Of a DNA stretch of 64,000 nucleotides, positions 62,901 through 64,000 are shown piece after piece. A program made the translations under genes and the position numbers. Origin of the DNA: Lama guanicoe (lineage: Eukaryota); assembly GCA_013239625.1 (NCBI GenBank), contig MU057354.1, positions 21,989,890 through 22,053,889 on the forward strand. Direction: 5' to 3'. Position 1 is the stretch's first letter, and each line of letters begins with the position of its first letter. The notes below the pieces were generated by a model. It was not told the origin of the DNA. It was given only the letters and a program-made list of their open reading frames with translations, and ran no database searches.

Positions 62901-64000
62901 CATCTTTAAATGGCGAGGACCCACATGCAGCTTCTCTTTAAGGAGGTACTTTCTCAGGCGGTGGGGAGAGACTGTTTTCTTAGATCTGGCCCATTGTGAG
63001 CCCTGGAAGGATGAACAAGTGGGGGAGAGCTGGATGTGTGGTGGGATTACTGGTTCCCTGTGAAAATGAAAGAAGCCTTACTGTTGCCCCAGTTCTGATG
63101 GGATTTCTTCTGCAGTCTCTGCGAAAATTTCTAGACCAGATTATATACCAGAAGATGACTCATATGCCTACCTACTCTAAGAAAATATCTATTTCTTTCA
63201 TTACAAAGTAAAATATGGTTGCCGTAAAAAAAAAAGTAGATTTTCAGATTTTTGTAATAGAGATGTATGACATAGAAAGCAAGTCTCCCACAATGCAGAC
63301 CCCTCCCCGGCAGAGGAGCGCTGTCAGCGGTGCTGCATGTGCTCATCTTGGTTTCTTCATGCCCAGGTTAGCATATATTACCTGCATAACGTGCAGAACA
63401 AAACTGTTACCTTTTAAAATGCTCTTGTTACTTAGGTAATCAGTAACTGCCCAGATCTTTGAAGTATAGAGACCACATACAGTTTCTCCAGGTTAGAGGT
63501 AAGATACTAAGTACAAATAACAAGGTAGAATGCGTTAGAAGGGAAAGCTTAAGAAAAGGAAGGAGTCGGAGCCCAATATTGTCATTCAGAGGTTAGATTT
63601 TTATTGTTGAATCAGATTTAATTGGTGGTTACACTTTTTCCCTTGGGAACACATTAAAATAGTCACTATGACAAGATGACTAAATCATGAATGAACTTGA
63701 AATATTAAACTAGTCTCAGCCACACCAACATATTAGCAATTTGTTGGAGCTTAATTTTTGCATTGCAATTTAAGTGACAGGAATGTGCACTGCCAACATT
63801 AGGACTTCTTTCTTTTAATTTTGGGAACACTAAATGATGTATTTCACAAGGTCTATTTCCAGTTTAGGGCCAACCATGAATGATTAATTACATCGCTACT
63901 CTAACAGGTGTTTAACTAATGAAGACAGCAGAATTTTTGCATGTGAAACCCCACTTTGTTCATTCATTTAAAAAAAAGCTTACTCTGTGCCATGAGCTAT

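Noticed and set aside
1-64000. CRISPR arrays, rRNA, intact transposase or retroviral ORFs
   Set aside because: No regularly spaced repeat-spacer structure, no rRNA-like sequence and no intact long ORF were seen. All mobile elements are decayed.

Overview
Mammalian genomic DNA, probably a camelid, judged from two tRNA-Ala-derived SINEs of the vic-1 type. The window holds the complete CGRRF1 gene on + (6 coding exons, 3721-27984). They sum to 999 nt, or 332 aa, if the N-masked exon 2 is 140 nt as I recall for the human orthologue. The product is an N-terminal transmembrane helix plus a C-terminal RING. Downstream lie the CpG-island promoter, 5' leader and first coding exon (almost wholly N-masked) of SAMD4A/Smaug1, then the first 22 kb of its long intron. 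The rest is largely decayed L1, L2, MIR, MaLR/ERVL LTR and DNA-transposon sequence. Best leads: (1) a candidate in-frame 15-nt SAMD4A microexon that itself folds into a Smaug-recognition-element hairpin, a possible autoregulatory switch; (2) a 153-nt U12-type minor intron in CGRRF1 whose retention would split the ORF at a single TAA-cac-ATG; (3) alternative SAMD4A leaders with different uORF loads and an RNA G-quadruplex before the start; (4) an internally deleted LTR41/ERVL provirus in CGRRF1 intron 1 offering acceptor-plus-polyA terminal exons; (5) an extended CTCF site between the two genes. Gene and repeat-family names come from my recall of orthologues and consensus sequences, not from searches. 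No prokaryote-type systems such as CRISPR are present.
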